Source of the DNA: an uncultured Cytophagales bacterium
GTDB taxonomy: Bacteria; Bacteroidota; Bacteroidia; Cytophagales; Cyclobacteriaceae
NCBI GenBank assembly: GCA_963832285.1
Contig: CAWHTP010000007.1
Coordinates: 43,998-107,997, forward strand
DNA: 64,000 bases
Direction: 5' to 3'
Shown piece after piece: positions 50,889 to 60,085 of the stretch (position 1 is its first letter; each line of letters starts with the position of its first letter). Under the pieces are notes generated by a model. That model was not told where the DNA came from and did not search any database. It saw only the letters and a program-made list of their open reading frames with translations. The translations under genes and the position numbers were made by a program.

Positions 50889-51845
50889 TTAATTGGCACT
50901 TTCAGATTGTATGATTGGCCTCTGTTTTTGAATATCGTAGTGCTTGGTGAAAAACTCATCGCACCAAAGGCATACATTATTGAGTTCTTTGGCTCTTTTA
51001 AGTCCTTCGGCTGCGGAGATTCCAAGGCTTTCACCCATTCCGTAAGCATCACCTTCATTGAGCTTGCGCATCACTTCATGTTTTGACATGCGTTGTAGCA
51101 CATCCTCCACTTTATCCACTCTGGCATCTCCCATGGCTTTTACCGTGCATGGGCAGCAAGGATTTATGGCCCAAAGCTGTATGGAAATTTCTTGTGTTAT
51201 ATCCGCCTCTTCATTCCCTAAAAAACCGATGGCTCCGGAAGGAATTGAGCAAAAGTTATGCGTGCCGTCTTTTTTCCAGATGTCGTGCTCCATGGCTCTG
51301 CCGCGTGCCCAGTTTCCACCGAGCCACATATCTTCTGTTGCACCAAAAAAGCCAAAAGTGAGTTCTTTTCTGGAGTTATTTTGTAATTCAGATTGTGTTA
51401 AAGCCGGCTGTCCTTCAATATATTTTATCCCGTGGGAGGTAAATAATTCCGATAAAGCATCTTTGCGTTCACCTTGTTTTTTATGGTATCGGTCAATGCT
51501 GGCAATAGAAAAACGGTCAACTCCCTTTGCTTTTAAGGTTTCCAGAATGTCTGCCGTTAATAAGTCGCCATTAAATTGAAGTGCTACATATAGTTTATTG
51601 CCATATTTTTCTTTCAGCCTGTCCAGGATCTTATAAAGCAGCTGCTTTTCGGCTAATGGTTCGCCACCGCTAAGCGTTATACGCTCCATGCCTGCCGGAA
51701 GGTTCTCAATTATGGCCATGCAATCGGCTTCGGACATGCGCTTTCCCTTAGGGCCGCTGTTGTTGTAGCAGTGGATGCACTGGTCGTTGCAGAGTTGGGT
51801 AAATACCCAGTAGATACGATCTATTTTGGAAAAATCATTCTTCAT
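50889..51845 (-). CDS. radical SAM protein with a C-terminal Cys-rich region (subfamily unknown)
   Basis: CX3CX2C cluster CNDQCIHC followed by ..GP.., the SAM-binding motif LSGGEPL, and C-terminal cysteines in NPCCPC and CLWC. Confidence 0.8.
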   Translation of the reverse strand: MKNDFSKIDRIYWVFTQLCNDQCIHCYNNSGPKGKRMSEADCMAIIENLPAGMERITLSGGEPLAEKQLLYKILDRLKEKYGNKLYVALQFNGDLLTADILETLKAKGVDRFSIASIDRYHKKQGERKDALSELFTSHGIKYIEGQPALTQSELQNNSRKELTFGFFGATEDMWLGGNWARGRAMEHDIWKKDGTHNFCSIPSGAIGFLGNEEADITQEISIQLWAINPCCPCTVKAMGDARVDKVEDVLQRMSKHEVMRKLNEGDAYGMGESLGISAAEGLKRAKELNNVCLWCDEFFTKHYDIQKQRPIIQSESAN

Positions 51846-51894
51846 GGTTGGTACTTTTAGCGTTACATGTACGGTTTTGCATTAGTAGATAGAT

Positions 51895-52884
51895 TTAACT
51901 AAGTAATATTTTTTGAGATGTTTCCATGAGTACCAGGCGTTCGGCAAGAGTGAGCGTGAGTGGCAATTGCGCTAGGCCCATAAGCCTTCTCAGTATCTCA
52001 ATGGCTTGGAATTTCCCCATCAAGTCCTCATCCATTGGTACACTTTCTTGATAGGTTTTGATAGCCTTGATCATGAATGAATCCGGCTGCTGCGCCATCT
52101 TAAGATGTGCAGCCATTATGCCTAACTCAAACTCCGGGATGCCAAAGAAGCAAAACTCCGGATCAATTACTTTTATGCCATCAGTGGTTTTAAGCCAGCT
52201 GCCGGGAAAAAAATCGCCATGCAGCAACTTTTCTCCGTCAGACAAATACAGCTCGCCCATCTCCTTCACTTTTTTCTTCAAAGCTTCATCTTTGCGTAAA
52301 TCAGCTGCGGCTTGTTGCAGTCCCGGCATTACATCATCCAGGTTCATGCCGTTATTATTCAGATATGGAAAATGAAAGATATGCTCATGGTTTAATTGCC
52401 GCATTTTCCTGTTATAAATGGGCTCATCGGTGGAGGCTATGGAAAATGCGCTATGCAAATCACATAAATAATCCACTAGTTCCATTAGATCATCTTCTTC
52501 CATATTATCTCCCCGCTGGTAAATATGCGTAAAGTCCGTACCTTCTCCCAAGTCTTCCATCAGCATAATATTGTTGGCGGAATCGAGGCCAATAATTTGT
52601 GGCATCCTCGCTTGTATGCGCTCTTTTTTGCCGATCATGTTGTAGAACTCAGCTTCAGTATTTACCCGCTCTGCCGGGGCAGCTACTTGAGGATATTTTT
52701 CTACATATTCTCGGCTTTGTTTAATAATGAACGTGCTGCCGTCAGATACTTTGCACCTTAGCGTGAAATTCATATTGCCTTCTCCCGGTACTTCGGTAGC
52801 TTGTACCTTTTGATCCTCCTTGAGCCAATTTTTATCCTGTAGGTAGGCGTTAATGGCTGCTAAATCTTTGCTAATTTTTATCAT
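51895..52884 (-). CDS. MtnK-like (5-methylthioribose kinase / APH-fold) sugar kinase
   Basis: The motifs GEGNMNFTLRC and FIIKQSREYV..YPQVAAPAERVNTEAEF resemble MtnK. The catalytic HGDFFPGSW resembles the MtnK HGDLHTGS motif more than the APH HGDxxxxN motif. Confidence 0.65.
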   Translation of the reverse strand: MIKISKDLAAINAYLQDKNWLKEDQKVQATEVPGEGNMNFTLRCKVSDGSTFIIKQSREYVEKYPQVAAPAERVNTEAEFYNMIGKKERIQARMPQIIGLDSANNIMLMEDLGEGTDFTHIYQRGDNMEEDDLMELVDYLCDLHSAFSIASTDEPIYNRKMRQLNHEHIFHFPYLNNNGMNLDDVMPGLQQAAADLRKDEALKKKVKEMGELYLSDGEKLLHGDFFPGSWLKTTDGIKVIDPEFCFFGIPEFELGIMAAHLKMAQQPDSFMIKAIKTYQESVPMDEDLMGKFQAIEILRRLMGLAQLPLTLTLAERLVLMETSQKILLS

Positions 52885-52887
52885 AAT

Positions 52888-54564
52888 TTAGTTTTTTGTA
52901 AGGCTTTTGATGAGTTTTTCGTGGTAATCCGGCACCACATCGTAGCAGTACTTAATTTGGTAGCTTCCTTGCTTATCACACAGCAAATAGTTTTTGAATT
53001 GTGTGCTGTTATTGTCCTTTACAGTATCGTTTTGGTGTATTTCCATTCTCGCTGTTAACCGCTCACTAACAATATCCTCAGGAGCAATTAGGTAATGGCT
53101 TGCAAGCACATCAAACGGATTGAAGCCGTTAGCACCTTGTGCCAGCCATTGCTCTAACCATGGTTTGGAATGATCGGACAGCCATTGGTTGCCAGTGGTG
53201 CTGTCATTGAGCCGTTGCAGATCATCTTTGGTAATCCATACTTTGCTGCTTATTTCAAAAGGGCAGAGTGTTACCGGTACCTCAGCTTCAAATAAAATTT
53301 GAAAGGCTGCATTATCCAAGTCAAAATTTAGGTCAGCGGCATGATTGCCCTGCTTACCGATGGCAAAGTAATCGGTCGGCTTTCTCCTGCCCGCTACCAA
53401 GACCACTTCTTCAATTTGCTTGGCTAATTCAGGATGTTTCAAAAGCAGTATGCCCACATTTGTGGCCGGGCCAATAGCTAATATGCGTAGCTTGGTTTCT
53501 TTCAGCTTGGCAGCCAATGCCTCTGTAGCCTCATTGTGGTTAACGGCCGCTAAATCAATCGCTTGCCCAGCTCCTTTAAAAACGGGAATATCATAGGGGG
53601 CAAAGTCAGCGCACATCTTTTTGCCAATTTCAAAGGCATTATCAATAGAAGTATTTCCAAATACTGCGCTTATTCCGTGTATTTTAATGCTTTCAGCTTT
53701 AAAGAGCTGCAAAACGGCAAAGCCATCGTCCACATCGCAGTAGCCCGGTTTATGCGTTCTTTTTTTGCCTACGGCCAAGTCTGTATCTATCCAAATATTT
53801 TGTGTTGGTGCTTTCATATCAATTCGTTTTGCTTGGTAGCAGGTTTTTGCAAGCTTTGCCAGAAAGGTCAATTCATTTTGTACGCCAGTAAGTGGGTCAT
53901 TAATAAATGCTTCTTTCGATTCATATATTTTAAGTTTTCCTTTGTTCATGTAGCCAATTTCATCGCCCATTAAAATGGCTTCCTTTAAATCGTGGGTTAC
54001 AAAAACTGATGTTATTTGATACTGGAGGGCTATGTCTTTAAATAACTGTTGCATTCTGTGCCTTGTGGTAGTATCCAAGCTGCCAAATGGTTCATCGAGC
54101 AGCAGCAGGCTGGGATTAGTTATAATTGCCCTTCCAAATGATACACGCTGGCGTTGCCCACCTGACAACTGATCGGGCATTTTTTCTCCTTGCTTATCCA
54201 GTTCAAGGGCAGCAATCATATCATTCACTTTAGCTACCACCTCCAACTTAGGTACTTTTTTTAGACGCAAGCCAAAGGCAATGTTTTCAAAGATATTTAG
54301 GTGTGGAAACAGCAGATCTTCCTGATAAAGGTACACGATATTCCGTTTTTCTGGGGCCTTGTTTTGTATATCTTCTCCTTTAAGCCTTATATGTCCAATA
54401 TCTGGCAATATTAATCCGCTAATAATTTTGAGCATAGTAGTTTTACCGCATCCGGATTTACCCAATATACTTAGCGTTCTATTCTCGGTGAGCGAAAAGT
54501 TCAGCGCCTTCACCACCGCTTCGTCATAAAATGACTTGGTTATATTTTCAACTTCTAAAAACAT
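52888..54564 (-). CDS. ABC transporter ATP-binding protein fused to an inosine/uridine-preferring nucleoside hydrolase domain
   Basis: Residues 1-215 are the ATPase: Walker A GKSGCGKTT, signature LSGGQRQRV and Walker B LLLLDEP. From M250 (53817) on, IWIDTDLAVG...CDVDDGFAVL, ILAIGPATN and a nucleoside-hydrolase-like remainder follow. It is one uninterrupted frame. Confidence 0.8.
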   Translation of the reverse strand: MFLEVENITKSFYDEAVVKALNFSLTENRTLSILGKSGCGKTTMLKIISGLILPDIGHIRLKGEDIQNKAPEKRNIVYLYQEDLLFPHLNIFENIAFGLRLKKVPKLEVVAKVNDMIAALELDKQGEKMPDQLSGGQRQRVSFGRAIITNPSLLLLDEPFGSLDTTTRHRMQQLFKDIALQYQITSVFVTHDLKEAILMGDEIGYMNKGKLKIYESKEAFINDPLTGVQNELTFLAKLAKTCYQAKRIDMKAPTQNIWIDTDLAVGKKRTHKPGYCDVDDGFAVLQLFKAESIKIHGISAVFGNTSIDNAFEIGKKMCADFAPYDIPVFKGAGQAIDLAAVNHNEATEALAAKLKETKLRILAIGPATNVGILLLKHPELAKQIEEVVLVAGRRKPTDYFAIGKQGNHAADLNFDLDNAAFQILFEAEVPVTLCPFEISSKVWITKDDLQRLNDSTTGNQWLSDHSKPWLEQWLAQGANGFNPFDVLASHYLIAPEDIVSERLTARMEIHQNDTVKDNNSTQFKNYLLCDKQGSYQIKYCYDVVPDYHEKLIKSLTKN

Positions 54565-54637
54565 TCAATCAGTAAATTTACGCCTCAATTCATTACTTTG
54601 AACAAGGCAGTTTGCCGTACAGTGCAACAAGTGGTAC

Positions 54638-55411
54638 TTACGGATTCCAAGTAAATACATATTTTTTGTTGATGTACAGAAGCAGCACGGGAGGAAAAAT
54701 GAGCAGACAACAGCTGAGTGCCCCATAGAAAAAGTTGGCTTCTTTAATAAATAAAAACACCTTAATAGTCATAGTTTGCACCTTACCCACTCCAATAATT
54801 GAGGTAAGTCCGTATTCAAACCATGAAATAAGAAAAGTTTGGAAAAAACAAATGAGAATAAGCCCTTTAGCCAATGGAAAAAGTACTTTGATGTATCGTT
54901 GGAGGGTGTTGCCGCCTAAAGTGGTGGTAAGGGATTCATAATTTTTTACACGCTCGCCCCAAAAACTGCTGAAGAATATAACCGCATACGGAAAAGCGAT
55001 AATAAATTGCGCTAATATAACTCCGCTGGTTTTACCAAAAAGGCCGACTTTTATAAAAAAATAGCTTAGGCAGGCAGCAAACACCACTGGTGATAAGATG
55101 TATGGAAAATAAGTGAGTAGTGATAAAGTGTTTTTCTGCGGATGATAGGCCACAACCTTGCTAATAAGAAAGCCTGCTGCGGTAGCGGAAAGACCCACCG
55201 AAAGCGCAATAAAAAGAGAAAGAAAAAAACTGGAAAGCACTCCTGCTTCGCTGGTAAAAATTATTTTCCAGTTTTGTAAACCAAATTGGCGGGGTAAAAG
55301 GGCGGGGTACTGCCAGTCGGATGCCATGGAAAGTAACAGCAGGTAGGCAAACGGAAAGCATACCAAAACCACGATGGCCGATAATATGAAGGGTTTTATA
55401 CTAAGCCTCAT
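54638..55411 (-). CDS. ABC transporter permease (YnjC-like half)
   Basis: A six-TM-type binding-protein-dependent permease. Its start overlaps the upstream permease stop by 11 nt. Confidence 0.8.
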   Translation of the reverse strand: MRLSIKPFILSAIVVLVCFPFAYLLLLSMASDWQYPALLPRQFGLQNWKIIFTSEAGVLSSFFLSLFIALSVGLSATAAGFLISKVVAYHPQKNTLSLLTYFPYILSPVVFAACLSYFFIKVGLFGKTSGVILAQFIIAFPYAVIFFSSFWGERVKNYESLTTTLGGNTLQRYIKVLFPLAKGLILICFFQTFLISWFEYGLTSIIGVGKVQTMTIKVFLFIKEANFFYGALSCCLLIFPPVLLLYINKKYVFTWNP

Positions 55412-56255
55412 AGGTGTTGCTTTTACGTTTATAAAAAAGAAACACTGCGGCTATGGAAACCACCAGTGTATAAATAGAAGCCACCACATATCCCTCGGAA
55501 ATTTTTGTAAGATCAAATTGCTTTAACTCCCGAACCACCAATACAGACAGCATTTGCGGGGATTCGCGACCTAAAATAAGCGGCACCTCATACGAGCCTA
55601 GCAGGAATATAAAATAAAGCGCAATGAGTTTCCAACTCTTACGCAGCAAAATCGGAATACTTACCTTTTGCAAGGCCTGTCTGCTGCTGGCACCTAATGT
55701 TGTGGCAAGTACAGCCATTTCATCCACCCGCTCATTTTTATAAATATTGAGAAATAGCAATAGAAAAAATGGCAGCACCAGTGAAATAAAAGTGACTATA
55801 ATGCCAATGGCCAGCGGATCATTCACCAAGCCGGGAAATTCTTGAATACCGGAGATAAAACCCAGCTGATAAGCCAGCCTAGAGAAAAAGCCTGATTTGG
55901 TAAAAAGCTGCAAGGTGAAGAAGGCCGATACTATTCCCGGAACTGCCAGTGGCAGGTAGATGGCGAAGGACAAAAAGCCTTCGTTTAAGTTTCTTTTATA
56001 GCTTATTGCCAGCCAAAGCGCGGTGCCAACGGATAGAGCTACCGCTACTAAGGCTACCAAAGCACTAAAAGCGAATGACTTGATAAATGCTCCATTGTAT
56101 AAAATTTCCTTCCAGAATTGTAGGGTAAAGCCATCATTTACAATGCCTACCAGCCCGAAGCTATAGAGCAGTGCATAGCCTAAAGCCAGAGCAAAAGGCA
56201 GTACACCTATTACAACGAAAAAACCAAGGCCTATATAATGTTGCTTATTTTTCAA
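55401..56255 (-). CDS. ABC transporter permease (YnjC-like half)
   Basis: Polytopic permease. Its start overlaps the binding-protein gene stop by 11 nt. Confidence 0.8.
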   Translation of the reverse strand: MKNKQHYIGLGFFVVIGVLPFALALGYALLYSFGLVGIVNDGFTLQFWKEILYNGAFIKSFAFSALVALVAVALSVGTALWLAISYKRNLNEGFLSFAIYLPLAVPGIVSAFFTLQLFTKSGFFSRLAYQLGFISGIQEFPGLVNDPLAIGIIVTFISLVLPFFLLLFLNIYKNERVDEMAVLATTLGASSRQALQKVSIPILLRKSWKLIALYFIFLLGSYEVPLILGRESPQMLSVLVVRELKQFDLTKISEGYVVASIYTLVVSIAAVFLFYKRKSNTYEA

Positions 56256-57465
56256 TTACAAAAGTTCTAAAATCTTCAAAAAGCCTGATCATATATTCAG
56301 GAGCCGGCTCTTGTATGGCGTAAGGAGCCAAATCATTTAATGTAGGGCCATATTTTCTATCTACTATGGCCTTAAATTTAGTTTGCCATTCTTCAGGTAA
56401 TTTATCTATTGCCAACACAGTATTAGCGTTCATTCCTTCAGGATTGGCCTTTTTGTATTGTGCTTCAGGAGAAATAAGAAAGTTTATTACCTGCATAGCG
56501 CCTGCCTTTTGCTTGGCATTATCCAGTATACCCAAGTAATTGCTATTCATTACCGTTCCGTTTTTCCAAGCATAACCGCGGGTAGTTTTAGGATATAATC
56601 CCTGCTCCACTTTCTCTTCTATACCTCCCTCGCTAAAGCCGAAAGTGATATTCAACTCACCACTGGCAAATAATTGATCCATTTTGGAATGTTCTTTCGG
56701 AAATGTAGCGCCCTGCTTCCAGAAATATTTCTTATTGCTGTTGAGGTATTTCCACAATTGGGCTGAAAGCTCCTTATATTTTTCCTCATTAAATGCACCA
56801 TTCAGTCCACCAGGGCTACCACTTAATTCAGCCAAAAAACTTTTAAGTAGCGACATGCCTGAAAAATCATTGGAGATGGTGAAAGTACCGGGATAATTTT
56901 GCACATACTTTTCCAGCTCTGCCAGATTTTTGGGAGGTTGACTAACTCTGGCACTGTCATACACTAGGGCAAATTGGCTAATTCCCCAAGGGCACTCCAT
57001 GTTATTTATCGGTTGCTGAAAGTCTATGGAGATAGCAGGGTCAATAAAATCTATGAATGTTGCATGGGGCAGCTTTTGTACAAATGGTCCCCATAAGCCA
57101 CTAATTTTTTTAAGCTGGAAAAAGGTTTCACCATTGATCCACACCACATCAATTTGCCCTTCCATCACTCCGGCTTCCTTTTCGCCCATAACAAGCTGCA
57201 CTATTTCCGGGCCCTGGCCACTGCTAATCTTTAGGTTAATGTTGAACTGCTTTTTCAGCTCGGGTACTACATAGTTGTTCATGTAGTTATTGATGACTGA
57301 GCTGCCTTGCCACATCATAAAATTAACTGTGGTACCGTTTGCAGCCTTGGCTATTTCAGGCCAGCTGGCATCTTTCCAGTTTTTAGTCTCTTTTTTTGAG
57401 GTACAAGATAAGAGCAAAAAGCTTGTAGTAAGCGCAACTATGCACTTTACAATAAATGAATACAT
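56245..57465 (-). CDS. ABC transporter substrate-binding lipoprotein, YnjB-like
   Basis: Lipoprotein signal FLLLSC. The motifs VNFMMWQGS..INNYMNNYV, DVVWINGETFFQLKK..LWGPF and CPWGISQFALVYDSARV..PPK resemble E. coli YnjB as I recall it. Confidence 0.7.
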   Translation of the reverse strand: MYSFIVKCIVALTTSFLLLSCTSKKETKNWKDASWPEIAKAANGTTVNFMMWQGSSVINNYMNNYVVPELKKQFNINLKISSGQGPEIVQLVMGEKEAGVMEGQIDVVWINGETFFQLKKISGLWGPFVQKLPHATFIDFIDPAISIDFQQPINNMECPWGISQFALVYDSARVSQPPKNLAELEKYVQNYPGTFTISNDFSGMSLLKSFLAELSGSPGGLNGAFNEEKYKELSAQLWKYLNSNKKYFWKQGATFPKEHSKMDQLFASGELNITFGFSEGGIEEKVEQGLYPKTTRGYAWKNGTVMNSNYLGILDNAKQKAGAMQVINFLISPEAQYKKANPEGMNANTVLAIDKLPEEWQTKFKAIVDRKYGPTLNDLAPYAIQEPAPEYMIRLFEDFRTFVIEK

Positions 57466-57504
57466 AAATTGATTTTGGTTTATTAGATTTACTAAGTGAA
57501 GAAC

Positions 57505-58203
57505 TTAGTAAATAGGGGGAGCCCTTAAACCAACGAAGCGGACTGCTGCAATAGATATGAAGTGCCTTACTCTGGCACGAGTTTTAAGTATAAAATTATG
57601 AAGTAACTGATTGAGGAGCCTCGAAAAGCTATTGATACCATCCGCAAGATGTTGTGAGCGAAGAAACAGCACGATATCGCATCGCGTATTCACATCTCTT
57701 TTTTTGTCGAGTACAAGCGGCTGATTATTTTTGTTGAAGTGCCCTAATAATTCATTATACAGTTTGTTTGATTGCCACGGTAGCTGCTCAAAGCTTTGCT
57801 TATTAAAATGTGCTTGGTGAACACCAATAAGGTAGGCACCTCCTCTTAAATTAGGGCCAATTACTGACTTATTATCCTGTAGTTTTGTAAAAACTTCATT
57901 CCAGCTTATGGATTGCCAATCGAAAAAATCGTTGCCTAAAGCAACTACAGATTTGTAGCCTTTACGGTAAAGCGCCTCAAAAGCGTTAGCTAATTTTTCG
58001 CCAAATGAGTTGCCTTGCTGCCGGTGTTCATCAAAAATATAAATAGGCTTATTAAGTTTCTTGAGAAACGAGGCAGAGGAATTAATAAGCAACTGCGCTA
58101 AGTCATAATCTTTTTCGGCATTGCCGGTCCAATTCTTGTGTTTGGATTCCAGCTTTGCCGATCGGCTAAAGAATAATATGGCTGTTTGCTCTTTTAAACT
58201 CAC
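57505..58203 (-). CDS. DUF2064-family (TIGR04282-like) protein, paralog 1
   Basis: AILFFSRS.., RQQGNSFGEKLANAFEALY, ALGNDF, GPNLRGGAYLIGV and QLPWQ motifs. Apparent GTG start. Confidence 0.7.
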   Translation of the reverse strand: MSLKEQTAILFFSRSAKLESKHKNWTGNAEKDYDLAQLLINSSASFLKKLNKPIYIFDEHRQQGNSFGEKLANAFEALYRKGYKSVVALGNDFFDWQSISWNEVFTKLQDNKSVIGPNLRGGAYLIGVHQAHFNKQSFEQLPWQSNKLYNELLGHFNKNNQPLVLDKKRDVNTRCDIVLFLRSQHLADGINSFSRLLNQLLHNFILKTRARVRHFISIAAVRFVGLRAPPIY

Positions 58204-58553
58204 AATTAAAGTTATAGCGTTGCTTTTTCCTTATTTATTATATGTACGATTTTACTACAAAGCCAGATTTATTCGACAGTGTAATTTTCATCTCTCAATA
58301 TAATTCGGAAAAGATACAAGGAAATAAAATAATTCTCAAATAATAGAGCGCACTTGAATTATGTTAAACAATTAGCAGTTTGTAGGTTATTAAGTATAAG
58401 CAACAGCAACTGCCAACAAACGAAATAAGATTCCAAGTACGCACTATTAATTAAGTTATTGATAAACAGTTTATTGTGAGATATATCAGCTCAAAAATTG
58501 ATAAATATTTATTGTAAATTGAACGTAAAATGCGAACTAACAGTAAATAACTT

Positions 58554-58561
58554 TATATTTG
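58554..58561 (+). promoter_or_regulatory. -7 box TATATTTG
   Basis: Exact TAnnTTTG match 23 nt before the ATG at 58584. Confidence 0.4.
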
Positions 58562-58583
58562 AAGCTTATTAAAAAAATACTAA

Positions 58584-59651
58584 ATGAAGTCAACAGAAAA
58601 TATTACTACAAATAATTTCTTCCCAACATTGAAGAAGCGAGTTGATGATTATTTCAAGTCTAACAACATTAACAAGTGGGGAAATAGCAAACTTTACACT
58701 AAGGCTACCATTTTATTGATAGCGTTTGCCTCGTTGTATACAGCCATAGTTTTTATTGCCATGCCAGCTTGGCTTTCTTTAGTACTTTGCGCCATTTTTG
58801 GCTTAAACTTAGCAGCAATTGGCTTCAATGTTATGCACGATGGCGCCCACGGAAGCTTCTCTAATAATAAGCATGTGAATTATATGATGGGCCTTACGCT
58901 TAACCTCATGGGTGGTGTAGTATTTATATGGAAAAATAAGCATAATAAAAATCACCACTCCTTTACTAATATTGAAGGTATGGACGATGACATTAATATT
59001 GGCCCTTTTATTAGGGTGAGTACGCACCAGAAGAAAAGATGGTACCATAAATACCAGCACATTTATGCGTATCCTTTGTATGCCACTTCTTATTCGTTCT
59101 GGGTTTTCTTTCAGGATTTTAAGAAATACTTTACCGGCAAAATAGCCGATACTGAATTGGCTAATATGAGTTTTAAGGAACACACAATTTTCTGGCTTAC
59201 CAAGGTAGGTTACATTGTTACTTTCTTTGCTCTACCCATTTTTATGAAAGGTTTGGTTGCCACCATTGTAGGTTATTTAATTGTTACAGCCATAACAGGC
59301 TATACCATAGGTGTGGTATTCCAATTAGCACATGTGGTAGAGGAAACTGATTTCCATGATGTGCCGGTTAAGGGTGAGCGTATTATACCTACTGAATGGG
59401 CTATCCATCAAATAAGAACCACAGCCAATTTTGGAACAAAGAATAAGGTGTTGAACTGGTACACTGGCGGATTGAATTTTCAGGTAGAGCACCATTTGTT
59501 TCCTAAAATAAGTCATGTGCATTACCCGGCCATTAATAAGTTAGTAAAAGAAACTTGCGAGCAGTTTAACGTAGCCTATCATGAATTCCCTTCTATGATA
59601 GCCGCCATGAAATCTCATACCAAGCATTTAAGGATGATAGGAATAGCATAA
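58584..59651 (+). CDS. membrane fatty-acid desaturase (front-end-like histidine boxes, no cytochrome b5 domain)
   Basis: The three histidine boxes are HDGAH, HNKNHH and QVEHHLFP. Several TM segments. Confidence 0.8.
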   Translation: MKSTENITTNNFFPTLKKRVDDYFKSNNINKWGNSKLYTKATILLIAFASLYTAIVFIAMPAWLSLVLCAIFGLNLAAIGFNVMHDGAHGSFSNNKHVNYMMGLTLNLMGGVVFIWKNKHNKNHHSFTNIEGMDDDINIGPFIRVSTHQKKRWYHKYQHIYAYPLYATSYSFWVFFQDFKKYFTGKIADTELANMSFKEHTIFWLTKVGYIVTFFALPIFMKGLVATIVGYLIVTAITGYTIGVVFQLAHVVEETDFHDVPVKGERIIPTEWAIHQIRTTANFGTKNKVLNWYTGGLNFQVEHHLFPKISHVHYPAINKLVKETCEQFNVAYHEFPSMIAAMKSHTKHLRMIGIA

Positions 59652-59697
59652 CAGCTGATTTTATTTGTGTGAATAGCTGCTTTATTCATACTAATTG

Positions 59698-59740
59698 AAA
59701 ATGGATTACTCGTAATTTTATAGAGTAATCCATTTTTTTA
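59698..59740. terminator. bidirectional intrinsic terminator
   Basis: 11-bp stem ATGGATTACTC / GAGTAATCCAT flanked by an A-run upstream and T7 downstream. It lies between convergent genes. Confidence 0.75.
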
Positions 59741-59809
59741 TGCTCAACTAACTGTAAGCATTAGCGCAATCTTGTGTATTGATTATACGGGTATTAAAGT
59801 GACCAAAAA

Positions 59810-60031
59810 TTAGTCAATTTTTTTATCGGTCTCTTGCTGTTTCTTTTTAGCTGCCTGTGCCTTCATGTTTCCGAATGCCCAGAGCAAAACACCCACCCAA
59901 AATACTATTTGATCGAGCGCAAGTATTTCTTTGAAATTGCTTTCGCTATAATAAAGATTAAGGATAATCATGATGGCTCCGACAGTGCCGACAATCATCC
60001 CTATTTTTTCGAGCAGGTTCAGGTTTTTCAT
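59810..60031 (-). CDS. small hypothetical membrane protein
   Basis: 73 aa with two hydrophobic helices and a Lys-rich tail. No recognisable family. Confidence 0.45.
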   Translation of the reverse strand: MKNLNLLEKIGMIVGTVGAIMIILNLYYSESNFKEILALDQIVFWVGVLLWAFGNMKAQAAKKKQQETDKKID

Positions 60032-60085
60032 GGACTAATTGCTTACTAGGGCTTTTTCGAAGTCTTAATGTTAATTGTATCTCCC

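Noticed and set aside
50889-51845. Calling the radical SAM protein ArsS (arsenosugar synthase)
   Set aside because: Only generic radical SAM features and a Cys-rich tail are visible, and no arsM or other arsenic gene is in the window. The link is kept as an analogy, not an annotation.
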